Shown in pieces: positions 24,838 to 38,688 of a stretch of DNA of 64,000 bases. Within the stretch, counting starts at the first letter, position 1, and each line of letters begins with the position of its first letter. Under the pieces are notes generated by a model. The model had not been told where the DNA came from, searched no databases, and saw only the letters and a program-made list of their open reading frames with translations. Position numbers and translations under genes: made by a program. The stretch is from NCBI GenBank assembly GCA_013239625.1, contig MU053629.1:2011567-2075566 (forward strand). Direction: 5' to 3'. Source of the DNA: Lama guanicoe. Its lineage: Eukaryota.

Positions 24838-26534
24838 GTAAGACCGGTTTAGATTCGAGGTGGGAAGTAGCTCTGGGATGTGCGCTGGCTGAGCGAACCG
24901 GGAAGCGAGGAGGACTAAAAAGTTGATGAGTGAAGCAATGTAATAAAAGGACTGCTCTCCGTCTCCGAGCGCGGGATTTTGACCTCCGGCTTTTTAGTTT
25001 AGTTTCTGGAGTGAGGTGTCAAGGCTCCACGATCGGCCGGCGGGGCCTTTTTTTCCCATAGGAAAACGCCAAATGCCTGATAATTAGACTTGGAGGACTC
25101 CCCGGAGCCGGTTTCGTATAGATTCTGGGGAGAAGAGGCAAGCCAAATTGTCTTTCCAGAAATTCCTTACTCTGAGTATTTCAGTTTGCCGGATCCGGTT
25201 TGTGTCAGATAGGACATGAAATTTAAATGGGTGCGGCGCAATACAGTGCAAAAATAGCTCCGGATTCCCGAGTCCCAGGTTCTATTTTCTGTGGTCATTC
25301 ACCGGTTTTTGGAACTTCAAGCAACTTAATTTTCCTCTTTGTACCTTAGTTTCCTCATATGTAAAATGAATAATTAGCAGAGGTTATCTTTAATGCTTTA
25401 TGTTTCTTATCAGATGGAGATGATAACATGACTTAATGTCTGCTTTTAATTGATTTGTTTCACACATTTTTTTTTATAAAGGCTTGGTTGGTTTTATTGT
25501 TTGCTTTTTGCGCTACTGCATACCAGGTGCTGGGGCAACAAAGATGGTTGAGACGATTGGATTCTCCTTCGTTGATGAGTGCTGAGATGGGAAAAGTGCA
25601 GGGTGTTGTGGGAGCATTGAGTAAAAGACTTCGTTAGGATTTGAGAAATTCGGAAGCTTTATTGCAAGGGATGAGTTTAACCTGAGAACTAAAGGATAGG
25701 TAGGTGGCAGTGCAGTTTTCAAGCAGAGGAAAAAACTTCTACAAAAAAATTGAACGTAATCAAGGAACCTGAAAGTGTTTCTTGATTTGTTTCCTTGCTC
25801 GTTGATTCTGACACCTGAATTACATTCTAGGGCTTTTGTAGAAAGTAAGGTTAATTTCTGAATTTCAGAGAAAGTAGACTTGTTGGCAAGGAGAGAGTTA
25901 AGAGAGCCTATTTTAAAGGATTATTTTGATGCAGAGATGGAGGAAAACAAGCCAAAAAAGCAACTGCACCCCTGGCCTGGGGTTAGGTAATCATCTATTT
26001 AGAATCCAAGATATATAGGCAATAAACCAACTTCAGGACTATCTATTTCTCTTAAAATTTTTCCAAACAAATGCTACAGATTTTGGGTAATATGCCCATA
26101 ACCCAGCAGGTACAAGACAGTTGATTGAGCCAAAGTGAATACTGTTACCTTCACCTGAGAAATTGGTATTTATCACTAATTTCAGTCACTGTCAGTTTTT
26201 GTCTGTAATATCTTTTGAAGCTTAAACTGTTTTTTCATCTCCTAAATTCTGTCCTTAGAACTAAAGCATTTCTTATATCTGTAAAACAGTAGCCAAGGTC
26301 TTCTCCCTTTAAGAAGCACTGGTGTAAGGTAAATATACAGTTTTTGCATATAATTTAAAATCTTTGATATGAATTAGCTTTACTATGTGCATGATGGGAG
26401 GAAATAAGTGTAAAAACCACTCTAATAATTTATATATCTGGAGTTGGGTAGGTATTTAGTTGTTTTTTGAAATTAAAGTTTTAGGTCTAAAAATAAAATA
26501 AAGGATTATTTTGAGCACTGGAATAGACTATCAA

Positions 26535-26765
26535 AAAAACCCAGTCAAGCAAATATTATATGATATCACTTATATGTAGAATCTAAAAAGTAATACAAAT
26601 GAATTTTTTACAAAACAGAAACAGACTCACAGACATAGAAAACAAATTTATGATTACCAAAGGGGAAGAAGGAGGGGAGATTGATAAATTAGGAGTATGG
26701 AAGTAACATATACACACCACTATATACAAAATGGTTAAACAACAAGGATTTACTATATAACACAG
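26535..26765 (+). mobile_element. LINE-1 3' UTR fragment
   Basis: atgatatcacttatatgtagaatctaaaa...caaaacagaaacagactcacagacatagaaaacaaa, similar to 22595-22810. Confidence 0.85.
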
Positions 26766-28510
26766 TGTGCTTACCTGAACAGTTTGGTATGAGTGGCCTG
26801 AATTTTTTAAAAAGATGATATAGAGCTGTTACTCTACTAATCAGTGGTACGTTTATGAGACATTAAGGTCTGTAAACAGAGCAAAATAAACTTTGTTCCA
26901 CAGCCTGCATTAGTTCTTGTGTTGGTTGACTCTATTGTGATGAGATTTGGTATATAACCCATTTGGATGTATGCTGTTCTTTATTATACTTTGTTAAATA
27001 GTTAAAATGACTTGTATTCAAATGTTTCTGGAACTCTTTAAGTAATTCCTAGTAACTCTTGAATACTCCAGAGTTAAATGATCCCTTGAGGTTCCTTGCA
27101 GCTCTGTGAATTCATAATAGCGATTAATCTTTTAATGGGGCCTGGTAAGTTTGGAGATCAAGCTGATTAAACTATGAAAGTCCTGAAAATACTTGTGCCT
27201 TTTTAAAAAATTTGTGATGGATTAGAAGATGCCCTGAATGAGATGCAAAGGCACAGATTTGTTCACGAATAGATTGTTAACTCTGCAAATCCACCACCAC
27301 ATTAGGAAAAGAACCCAGTACCTATGCTACCAGTGATAGGACAATTGCATGATTTTTTAAAAATTTAAAGAATATATAGCATTATTGTAATAACTTTTCT
27401 TGTATCCCATACTAGCGTGTCTGCATTACAGTTTCTTCAGATCTTCTATTGCTTTCATGGTCTGATATCTTAATTTATTAGTAATTTTTTTCACTTCTTT
27501 CTTCCCTAATGATGTGACATATGTGCTGTAGAAAACTAAAAAAAAAAAATCGGAAAAGGATAAAGGAGGAACCAAGATTACCATAATACCACAACCTAGA
27601 GATAACTATTAGTGTTTTTTCTTATGAATATTGTAATGCGTTTTCAAAATACATTCATTGTAGGGGAAAAAAAGAAAATAAAAATAAACCAAAAGTCTTT
27701 AATCATATCACTTAGTGGTAATCACTTTGGTATATAACCTTCTAGCCTTTTGTCTACGTGTAAGTGTACGGATATACACATTCCTTTTATGGCAATTGGG
27801 ATCCTGTGCTATATAGTCTATCCTACTATTTCACTTTATGTGAGATCATTTTCTCAGATAAATATTTTGCATAAATTTTCCTGTGTCTCTTATAGAGTCC
27901 TATTTCTTACAGTCCTATAAATGGAATTGTTGGATTGTTTTTAAGGCACTTTAAATATTTTGGCTGATCGATTTCTAGAAAGGTCGTACTGACTTGTACT
28001 CCCACCCTGTTTCACTTTTAGGAATCCTTTATACCGTTTTCTTAAAATAGATCTGCTTATTCTGAGTGATGCTAAACTTGATTTATAATTTCTAAGAATG
28101 TTAAATCAGTAACTGATTAGCTTGTAGTATACATATTTTTGGCAAAAAAGAAATTTTAGGTTTTGCAATGTAGAGATTAAATAATTGTATTGTCCTTAGG
28201 AAAATATAATGACTGTGCATGTGTAGTTATGGCGAGTGTTCGTCTATTAAGACCATCCCTGAGTCTGTCTTCAAACAGTGATTTGATTCTACAAATACAA
28301 AAAGGTTATATTAATTTAGATTATGAACTACTTGAGATCAGGGTCTTTGTCTAATCAAATTTGTATCTCTAGCATCTAACCTAGAACTTGCCTTGAAATA
28401 AAAACTATTGAATTAATTTTTTTCCCCACTACTTTGATGTCTGTTATAATTATTGAAAAACATAGTATAAGCTAGCCTTGTTTCAACAACTTGTATCTTT
28501 GCTTCTTGAG

Positions 28511-28680
28511 GTATGTTTTGTCAATTGAGAGTGCTGAAGAGATGCGAGAATATGTTACTGATCTCCTTCAGGGAAACGAGGGCAAAAAAGGTCAATTCAT
28601 AGAAGAACTTGTAACCAAATGGCAAAAGAATGATCAGGAGTTGACTTCTGATGCTCTGCAGCAGCCCTTCAAGAAAGATG
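28511..28680 (+). CDS. TRIP4: TRIP4 exon 2
   Basis: ttcttgag|...|gtaatt; 170 nt; YVLSIESAEEMREYVTDLLQGNEGKKGQFIEELVTKWQKNDQELTSDALQQPFKKD. Confidence 0.96.
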
Positions 28681-29021
28681 GTAATTTACTATAATTAAGT
28701 AAAGGTTGAAATGTTGGTAGATTGGCTGGTTTATGGGACCTGGTATGTTCTGTCACCATTTATTTCCTCACAGCAAACTTAACCAGAATTATATGTATAC
28801 ATATTTTAGTTCAGTTCTACTCAGTGTGTAGAAACAGTGAATGTTGTTTTGGTCCAGACTTTTTCAACTTAGAAAATATCACAAAAATACGTATTTATAG
28901 ATACAAATGTGGCTTCAGAATAACTTGAGAAATTTATACATGAGTTAAAGGCAAACTTCAGTTATGTATATACATGGATGTAAATAAATGTTAACAATTT
29001 TTAGTATGAATAGCATTTAAA

Positions 29022-29135
29022 TTTTTTTTTAATTGAAGTATAGTCAATTATAATGTGTCAATTTCTGGTGTACAGCACAATGTCTCAGTCATGCATATAC
29101 ATACATATATTTGTTTTCATATTCTTTTTCATTAT
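29022..29135 (-). mobile_element. LINE-1 extreme 3' end
   Basis: Poly-T then aattgaagtatagtc...tgtgtcaatttctggtgtacagca. Confidence 0.75.
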
Positions 29136-29480
29136 GAATAATGTTTAGAGGCAACTTTTAAGTTAAATAATACAAAAGATAAGCACCAAATTAAATAAGG
29201 CATTATTACTATACAATCTAAAGTATCAGACTTTAATTTAACTTCTTAATGTTAGCCAGTAGTCTTTTATCATTGACTACAATCTTGAAAATGGTGGTTT
29301 AAATTTAATTCTGATTTGAGAGGAAAAGATAATTTAAAAACCTGCCTGACTTCGTATCTTGACTCTAATACTAAGCATTGCCTTCTCTTTATTAGCTATT
29401 AATTCAACAATGAGTCCTACTATTTTCAATTTATCTATGTACATGTGTATATATATATATTTTTTTCTTCTTCTTTAAAG

Positions 29481-29614
29481 AAATTTTAGATGGGCAGCGA
29501 TCAGGAGACCAGCTAAAGAGGAGTAGGCGGAAAGGGAGAAACAGACAGGAAGTTCCTGCATTTACTGAACCTGATACGGCCATAGAGGTCAAAACACCTT
29601 TTGATTTGGCGAAG
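29481..29614 (+). CDS. TRIP4: TRIP4 exon 3
   Basis: tttaaag|...|gtgagt; 134 nt; ILDGQRSGDQLKRSRRKGRNRQEVPAFTEPDTAIEVKTPFDLAK. Confidence 0.96.
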
Positions 29615-29860
29615 GTGAGTGCTTTGAGAATGAGCCTTTTTTTGGCTATATAGAGAAGAGATAATGACTGATACATTTCAGAGAGCAAAGGGTACACATT
29701 GATCTAGTATGGCAATTTTTCAACAAATGCATGAATTTTATGGTGAGAGAGTGATAATGATGACATTTTCTATATGTAGATTTTTTGAGCAGCTTGATTA
29801 AATAAGTATTATAAGGATTTTTTGCTTAGAGATATATATACTATATATATGATGGAAAAT

Positions 29861-30218
29861 TTTTTTAACATTTTTTATTGATTTATAATCATTTTACAAT
29901 GTTGTGTCAAATTCCAGTGTTCAGCACAATTTTTCAGTCATTCATGGACATATACACACTCATTGTCACATTTTTTTCTCTGTGAGTTATCATAACATTT
30001 TGTGTATATTTCCCTGTGCTATACAGTGTAATCTTGTTTATCTATTCTACAATTTTGAAATCCCAGTCTATCCCTTCCCACCCTCCACCCCCCTGGTAAC
30101 CACAAGTCTGTATTCTCTGTCCATGAGTCTATTTCTGTCCTGTATTTATGCTTTGTTTTTGTTTGTTTGTTTTTGTTTTTGTTTTTTAGATTCCACATAT
30201 GAGCGATCTCATATGGTG
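29861..30218 (-). mobile_element. LINE-1 3' UTR fragment
   Basis: Poly-T and minus-strand AATAAA at the left end; ttagattccacatatgagcgatctcatatgg at the right; flanking ggaaaat on both sides. Confidence 0.85.
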
Positions 30219-30999
30219 GGAAAATATTTAATGAAGTGCACTAGGGCTTCAATTTCAACATTTTTTTGTGAGTCTATACTGAAAGAATGCACAATTCTAG
30301 CTGTTTTAAGAGTATTTCTATTTTAGACCATTCACTACCACCACCATCCTCACCATCATTATTTAGCATTTAGAGTTCTTTCATACTCTCTCTTGGTTCT
30401 CAAAATAGCCATGCAAGGTAAGCAGAAATATTTATATTCAGGGAAATTTGACAAGCTAAATTTCCCAGCAGACTGGAATAGTTAATTATGCTAAGAAGGA
30501 AGAGAAGTGACCAAAAAATTCTGAGTGTGATGACCATGCGAAAAAACACGGAAAATGGTTTGCAAAGTACTGTGAACTTAAAGAAAAAAAAATAGACATT
30601 TAAGCCTTTTATTAATTAATATAAAATGAGCACAGACTATCACAAGCAAAAGAAAAAACACAAATGAGCAATAAACATAAAAAGATGTTTATCCTTAGTA
30701 ATAATTAAGATGACCATTTTGTTGCCCTATTTGCCTAGACTCTCCTGATTTTAGTACTGAGAATTCCCATATTCTGCTAGTACTCAAATAAGAAAACAGT
30801 AAATCCCTGAGATAATTGCCTATCAAATTGTCAAAGATTTAAAAAATAGAATACTCAGTCCTGTTGAAGTTATATTAAAACAAGAACCTCTTGTACACTA
30901 CAAGTGGCGATATATATTGGTTTAAGTTTTCTGGGGGACAGTTTGGTAGTGTACATCAAGAACTGTGGAACTGTGGAAATGTTCTTAGGCTTCGGACTG

Positions 31000-31527
31000 A
31001 TTTTTTATTTTTTCTATATATATTTTGTTATTGAAGTATAGTCAGTTTACAGTGTTGTGTCAATTTCTGGTGTACAGCTTAATGCTTTAGTCATATATGA
31101 ACATACATATATTTTTCTCATATTCTTTTTCACCATAAGTTTATTATAAGATTTTGAATATAGTTCCCTGTGCTATATAGTATAAACTTGTCTGTTTTGT
31201 ATATATTAGTTAGTATCTGCAAATCTTGAACTCCCAATTTATCCCTTCCCATCCCCTTCCCCTCCTGGTAACCATAAGCTTGTTTTCTATGTCTGTGAGT
31301 CTGTTTCTGTTTTATAAAAAAGTTCTTTTTTTTTTCCCATTTTTTTTGTTTCCCCATATAAGTGATATCATATGGTATTTTTCTTTCTCTTTCTGGCTTA
31401 CTTCACTTAGAATGACAATCTCCAGGTCCATCCATGTTGCTGCAAATGGCATTTATTTTATTCTTTTTATGGCTGGGTAGTATTCCATTGTGTAAATATA
31501 CCACAGCTTTTTTATCTAGTCATCTGA
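31000..31527 (-). mobile_element. LINE-1 3' fragment
   Basis: Closely similar to the reverse complement of 22445-22940. Confidence 0.9.
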
Positions 31528-31884
31528 CTTATTAATATGACTTCAATATCTAACTTAAGGAAGTAATCAGAAACCCACAAAAAAAGGTTATGTTCTGCAT
31601 GATGTTATTTATAATACTGAAAATATGAACTGACCTAATTTTTTAAACAGTAAGAGATAGATTAAAGAAATTATTGTTCCCTCATTTGATGGAATTACCA
31701 TGCAGCTAATTTCTTTTTTTAATATATGTTTTTAATTGAAGTATCATCAGTTTACAATGTTGTAAACTGAACACTGTAAACTGAAACTAAAATAGAAACT
31801 AGTTTCTGGTGTTCAGCGTACTGTTTCATTTATACGTATGTATATATTCCTTTTCATATTCTTTTTCATTATAGGCTATTTGGT

Positions 31885-32465
31885 TATTCAGAAATTTTGA
31901 TTGTATCTGCTGTGTGTCAAGAACTGATTTAGGAATTTGAGGTATAGCAATAAACAAGACACATTAGGTTTTGTTGCCCTCCTAGAGTTTACATTTTAGT
32001 GGTTCAGAGGAAAGGTAGAAAGATAGTCAAAAGAAAAATTTTAAAGTAATTAAAAATTTTGAAGTAGATTGTGAAAACTGCCATGAAAAAATAAAAAGAG
32101 CAATGCAGTAGGCAGTAATTGATAGGACAGGAGCTCTTGTGGATAGGCTGGGAAAGCCTCTCTGAGGGAGTGGAATCATAGCTAAGACCTGAACACTGCC
32201 AAGGAGCCAGTATATGAAGAGATGGGCTGGGAACAAGGCAGAAAGGAAATAAGTGCGAAGGGGAGATGGAGAAAAGTCTTCTCGGGAGTACCAAGAGCCC
32301 TGTGTGTCTGGAGCATAGTGAGCAGGGTAAGAATGATAAGTAGATGAGGTTGGAGAGCACCTGGGGGTCGTATGTAAGGCATTATAGGTACTTATAAGTA
32401 GCTTGGGTTTTATTCTTAGCAAGATGGGAAGCCAGTGGATGGTTTTGAGCAAGGGGTTGATACAC
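31885..32465 (-). mobile_element. L2 fragment
   Basis: L2-like phrases (ttgccctcctagagtttacatt, gggaaagcctctctgagg, gggaagccagtggatggttttgagcaaggg). Confidence 0.65.
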
Positions 32466-33026
32466 TTATGAATTTTCTTGCTTGCCCTGTTCTCTCCTTC
32501 TCTGCTCTATTACTCTCTCTCCTTCTCCTTCTCAATGAATGCTTATTGCCTGTTGTATATAAGAGACCTAATCAAAGCACAGCCCTCAATCTCTCAAATA
32601 CCATATTTTAATGTAACTGGATACTTTAATGGGAGTGAAATAGGAGTTTCTGCTCAGAGATTTTACTCTTCCCCTCACCACCATCCTGAGAGCCAAAGAT
32701 AGGATTGCCTAGCTTGAAAAATGGCAACCTGTTAGATTAGATAAAATCCTTAGCACTTGCCTTAGATTTTAACTTTTGTCTAGGTTGACTTATTTGATAC
32801 TGTCCTTGTATCTCAACTTTTGGCTTTGGACGTTAAGGCATGTCACCTGTCTTTATACCTAACAATTGTTACCTTTCTTATGGTAACTTTCCTACCCACT
32901 AGAACTCCAGAGATTTTTTTGTCTCTGAAACTTCAGTCTCTGGAAATGATTGAGAAACTCTCAATTTAAAGCGAAAGTAAGATCACAGCATGGGAGAGGC
33001 CTCTATACACCCTAAGTGTCACAGGC

Positions 33027-33531
33027 TGCTATGATCTGAATGTTTGTGTCCCCCTCAGAATTCATAAGTTAAGCAGGGGAGGGTATATATAGCTCAAGTG
33101 GTAGCGTGCATGCTTGGCATGCACAAGGTACTGGGTTCAATCCCCAGTACTGCCTCTAAAAATAAAGAAAGAAACCTAATTACCTCCGTCCCAAAACAAA
33201 CAAACAAAAAACAAAATTCACAAGTTAAAATGTTAATGCCCCGTGTGGATTAGGAGGTGGGACCTTTGAGAGTCTCTTATGTCAAGAGGGTGGAGCCCTC
33301 ATGAATGGGTTTAGTGCTCTTATAAGAGACCCCACCAAACTCCCTACCCCCTTTGGCCATGTAGGATACGATGAAGAAGTGATTTCTGTGACCATGGAAA
33401 ACCCTTGCCCAACCATGTGGCACCCTGATACTGGACGTTCACCCTCCATAGCTGTAAGAAATAAATTTCTGTTGTTTATAAGCTACCCAGTCTGTGGTAT
33501 TTTGTTACAGCAGCCGGAATGAACTAAGACA
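33027..33531 (+). mobile_element. MaLR solo LTR (MST/MLT1A-type) with nested SINE
   Basis: Begins TG (tgctatgatctgaatgtttgtgtcccc), has aataaatttctgttgtttataagc, ends ctaagaCA; 5-bp flanks caggc/gaggc. Confidence 0.85.
33073..33214 (+). mobile_element. tRNA-Ala-derived SINE nested in the LTR
   Basis: Full head and (CAAA)n tail; TSD aattcataagttaa (33059-33072) / aattcacaagttaa (33215-33228). Confidence 0.92.
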
Positions 33532-33559
33532 GAGGCTGATAAATATAGTTTTCTTTTCA

Positions 33560-34310
33560 AAGTTTTTATTTTTAACACGCATGCAGAAGTGAACAGGTGA
33601 ATTTTCACAAACTGACTTTTGTATAGCCAAAAACCAAAACATTACCATTCCTCTAGCAAACCCCTCCATGCACCCCCAACTGATAACCCTCCCAAGGGAA
33701 AACACCTTCTTGACTTCAAATACCATAGATTAGTTTTGCCTACTCATGAACTTTGTGTAAATGGAGCTAGATGATATATACTCTTTTGTGTCCCTTGGTT
33801 TATGAGAATTATCCATACTTTTGTATGGCTGTGCTTTTTCATTCTCATTGGTACATAGGATTCTATTAAGTGAATGCTCAGAAACTATTGAACATTTGAG
33901 TGGTTTCCAATTCTAATGGTGCAGTGAATGTTCTTGTATATGTCTTTTGTTGAATATATTTACACATTTCTGTTGAGTATGTACCCAAGAGTTGAACTGC
34001 TGAGTCACAGGATATACAGATGCTCACTTTAGCAGATACTAGTTTACACTCCCACGAACAGTATGTGAGAGTTCTGATTGCTCTGCATCCTTGCCAACAC
34101 TCTGTATTTTCTGTCCTTTCAACTTAATTATTCTCGTTCATGTGTCATGGCTTTGCATTGTGGTTTTGTTGTGTATTATCTTGATGACTAATGAGGTTGA
34201 GCACCTTTTCATGTGTCTGTTGGCCATTTGAATATTTTCTTTTATGAATTTCCTGTTTAGGTCCTTTGCCCAATTTTTTATTGTTATCTGTCTTTTTCTT
34301 ACTGAGTCAG
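33560..34310 (-). mobile_element. Old LINE-1 fragment
   Basis: Antisense L1 phrases (tttacactcccac, catccttgccaacac, gatgactaatgaggttgagcaccttttcatg). Confidence 0.75.
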
Positions 34311-34703
34311 TTCTTTATAGATTTTTCTTATTTTATTCGTCTCATTTCCAAATCTATGAACATCATCTGCTTTTAGAGGCATTTTTGTTTTTTATGATCT
34401 CCAATTTAGCTGTGCTTAAATATGTCACATAAACAGTTTTTATTGCTACATTTACCTTCCACTAGCTGTAATACAGGGCTGAAGGCCAATAGCAGAAAAG
34501 TGTGAGTTTATTACCTAGTTTTTCAGGAGAATAACCTTTTCTCAGACCCTTGATAATAACTAATTTGTATTTCTCCCACTCCCTTTCATGGTTCCTGAAT
34601 AGTGTGTAAGTCATTACTTAACAGAACTGAGGTTTTTCCTCTCTTGACTGTTTTCATTGTCATTAATTATCTGATATTATTTCTGATATCTTTGTACAAT
34701 TAG

Positions 34704-34916
34704 GCACAAGAGAACAGCAGCTCCTTAAAGAAGAAGACGAAGTTTGTCAGTTTATACACAAAAGAGGGACAGGACAAACTTGCAGTCTTGATCCCTGGTC
34801 GCCACCCTTGTGATTGCCTGGGCCAGAAGCACAAGCTGATCAATAACTGTCTGATCTGTGGGCGTATTGTCTGTGAACAAGAGGGTTCTGGCCCCTGCTT
34901 ATTCTGTGGTACCCTG
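34704..34916 (+). CDS. TRIP4: TRIP4 exon 4 (C2HC5 zinc finger)
   Basis: aattag|...|gtaagt; 213 nt; ...PGRHPCDCLGQKHKLINNCLICGRIVCEQEGSGPCLFCGTL. Confidence 0.97.
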
Positions 34917-36377
34917 GTAAGTTGTTTCTTTTCTATTTTACCACACTTTGGTTTTATACATAGGGACATTTACACTCCTAATCTCTCTTTTTCTTAGTAA
35001 GTTCTTCCTCAGGATGTCCAGGAAATTCTAGTAGCAGGAACTTGTATAGTCAGAAGCCCCAGGTGATATCCCAGTCCTGAGGCTTATTAGTCAGAGGGTT
35101 TTGAGAACATACATTGCTGAGGGATCCAAGTCTTGTATGAGATTAACTTCAATTCAAGAAAACTTTAGGGCCTGAAATGACAAAATTTTTTTTGTCAGTC
35201 TTCAGATGTAGCTCCCATTCCTAGGGAAACAGTGCCACCGTGATGTAGTCCTCCAGTCTTTATATCTTTTTTTTTTCTAGAACACCTCCTTTTTATAGCA
35301 CTTCATTATTTGCGTGAATGACCTCAAAGAGTGTAGCAGTAATAACTCTCTTACAGATACCCTAGTGAGCGGTCTAGAAAGCTTGTTCTGCCTGTTCGCT
35401 GACTGGCAGAAGCAGTGGCATTTGGCATTGGTGAAGGCGTATATTTTGTGTTGCTTTGTTTTCCCTTCTCTGATGGGGCCTTTAATTTTTCAATATACTC
35501 GCCGAATAAGCTGATAGACAATGGATGACCTGAAAAATATAGTATCTAATGTAACAAGTGTTTGTAAAATGGCAGTAAATGTCCTCCCCTATGAGACTTT
35601 CTCTAGAGAAACACCCTACAGCTGCTGGAAGGAACTCTATGTGCCACTCAGGCAGCTGCTAGCCAAATGCAGTATTTTCTGTTAGGTCCCTGGATTCCTT
35701 CAGTTCAAGAGAGAATAATGTGGATTGGCTTTGACATCTTGTAGTTTTATAAGCTCAGTATGAAATTGTTTTTAAGGAACCCCTTCTTCTTTTAAATAAC
35801 CTCCATTCTTATAATTGCAGTGATTTTATAATAAACAGAACTTTTCCTTTCTTTAATACGTTTATTACTTTATAAGTAGATAATGTTCGAAGGCAAAGAA
35901 AAAAATATGTATAGTGTAAAAGCTAGACTAGTTTTCCCTGGTGGTACTGTATTTTGCTTCTTTTTCTGGTTCTTTCTAATAATACACCTGCTTATACTTT
36001 CTCTTGTAAGACCTGGATTTCGCCATTAGAACTGGAAGGTTTGTTTTTTTTTTTAAGTGTTGTACATTTGTTCAGTATTCCCCATGGTGGCAGATCTTTG
36101 TTCTTTGAAAGTAGGTTAGATTTTTTTTTTACCTTGTCATTCAGAAACACTTACAGTGAGATCCGTTTTTGGTGTGATTTATAAAAGAAAGGAGAAATGG
36201 AAAGAGGCTAGCATAAAACTCATTTGGATATACATATTTTTTGGTATGTTTGTCTAGATAAAAAAAAACTCATTATTTTATTGTCCTGTCTTATGTGTAA
36301 TTTGAGGTTACTTTTTAAGTGTATTAAGCAAACAATTTAATGATTGAATTGTGTGTTTTACTCTTATTACTTTACAG

Positions 36378-36456
36378 GTATGTACTCGTGAGGAACAGGA
36401 TATTTTACAGCGTGACTCAAACAAGAGCCAGAAACTGCTGAAGAAGCTCATGTCAG
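36378..36456 (+). CDS. TRIP4: TRIP4 exon 5
   Basis: tttacag|...|gtaggc; 79 nt; VCTREEQDILQRDSNKSQKLLKKLMS. Confidence 0.96.
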
Positions 36457-36619
36457 GTAGGCAACAATCTTCTACCTGGATCACACTGGTGATGGATATG
36501 TTTTGTTCTATCTGTGGTTGTTTCTCTTTCTTGTATCCTGGTATGCAAGATGCAGTTTATTTACTCATTTACTCTACAAGCATTTTGTTTTTTAAAGTTC
36601 TTATTAAAACCACATAACA

Positions 36620-37165
36620 TTGAGCAAAAAACTAATTATAGTACTATTGGATTATAACCCAAAGAATAAAATAATATCATGAATTAACTGAATGTTAGTT
36701 AATACGTGGTGAAGAAGGGACAGCTTTCTTATGAAAGAATTCTAATTAATACACTGAAGGAATTAGAGTAATAGAAAATTACCATTAGAACACTTCAGTA
36801 GTAGTAATTGCTACAGACAAGATCCACCAATGGATGCTAAAATTATTGGATGTAAGTTTTATAATAGAAGATTTGCAAAATCATGAAAGACAAGGAAAGA
36901 CTGAAGAATTGTCACAGATTGGAGAAGACTAAGGAGACACAACAACTAACTGCAATGTAGGATCTTGAAGTGGATCCCTAAACAGGAAAATAGTATTAAT
37001 GGAAAAAATGTTGAAATTCAGATAAAGTCTATAATTTAGCTAATGGTATTGTACTAATGTTAATTTTTTACTTTTGATAATTGTATTATGGTATGTAAGA
37101 TAAGATATTAAGGAAAGATGAATGAATGTTATACAGGAAGTCTGCAATTTTTGCAACTCATTTCA
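36620..37165 (+). mobile_element. Old L1 (L1MC-type) 3' UTR fragment
   Basis: gaaagacaaggaaagactgaagaattgtcacagattggagaagactaaggagac...tgcaatgtaggatc motif. Confidence 0.6.
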
Positions 37166-38688
37166 CAGTCTTTTATATTTGGAAAAAGTATGACAAAAAT
37201 CGTTAAGGACTTTTTAAAGGAAAAACAATGTACTCATTACTGTAAATTTGTGTAAATATTTTGTTTCTGCTTTAGTTCATAGTTGTTTTTTTTAATATAG
37301 ATTGATTTGTATTATGAAGTAGCAGTCACAGTGTATACAGAATTTTACTTTTTCCCCTTTTTTAAATTAATATTTTATAATTTTTTTGTTACCATATATT
37401 CTTCATATTTGTAAATTTTAGTGGCTAAAATAGTCATTAACTTGACTTTAAATTTTAGTTTGATTACCTATTTCCCAATTATTGGATATTTTAACTGTTT
37501 CCAAATTGTAAATAATACCACAGTGGTCAACTTTGTTAATACTGTGTCTTTTGATTTATTTCCTTGGGATAAATTCCTAAGAGTGGGTTTACTGAGTCAA
37601 AGAATATGGTCATTTTTGACCCTTAAGATATATTTGCCATATTACTTTACCAAAATATTGTACCAGTCTACAACAACATTAGTATTTTATCCTCAAAGCT
37701 GTCACTGTTGAATTTTGACATTTCAAATTATTTTATTTTTATAGCTGTGTTTTTTTAATTATTATTAATGAGGTAGAACATGTCTCCATATTTTTTTAAT
37801 TAGGATTAATTTAGGGTCATTGTTATGAGAAAAAGTAGTTCTAAATGCTTTTCTTATATTCAGAACACAAGAATCTCTTTTCTAAATTAAAAAAAAAGAT
37901 TTGACAGGACTTTGAACAGGCCTAGAGTTTTAGGTAAAGAGAAAAGTCATCCTTCGTTATACTCTAGTTGTTTTCCTAACATGTCTTAGGTCTTGGTTTT
38001 ATCATAATATATGGCTGTCTTTTCTGGATCAGATTTGTGGTATGCTGTCACAAAGGAGATAATACACGGGCCAAGGAATAAATATACGCTTTAGAGTTAG
38101 ACAGACCTAAGTTTGTATTTTGTTTCCACCTTTTAATTTCCAACTTAGTAAACTCAGTCAGTTTTTTAATGTCTCTGAGCTTCAATTTATCTGTAAAACA
38201 AAGATAATACAAACTGTCTTATAGGGTTATTGTGAAAATTAAGTAGTATGTATTAAATGCCTTAGCATGTAATAAGTTCTCCATTATTGATTTCTGTCCC
38301 TTTCCTGCAATTTCTTCTCTTTTTTCTTCTATTATTTAGTTTTTAGCTTTGATATATGAAGTATGTTTAAAAGCTATATTCAGCCCTATTCAATAACTTT
38401 TTTTATTTATAAAGCCTTTTTATACTGTGTTGTTAAATAGTTTGTTACCTTTAGTGATCCACATTCCCATGAGGGAAGAAATAAATTCTTAACATTTACT
38501 GAGAACCTATTATGTTCGAGCACTTCTTGTTGCTTGACAAGTAAAACCTGGCCTGTGTACTTGTTTTTTGCCATGGCTGGCCGTCATTAGGGGCAAAGCT
38601 AGATCTTTTCATGTGTTCTTTGCTGCACAGTGGTACAACTAATTTGTATTATAGGCTGACAACATTTGATTTCCTTATTGAATTTCAG

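Larger units (their letters stand above)
24470..25120 (+). promoter_or_regulatory. TRIP4: TRIP4 CpG-island promoter
   Basis: CpG-rich; ETS caggaagtg (24542-24550), three GC boxes, YY1-like aaaatggcgg overlapping the start codon. Confidence 0.85.
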
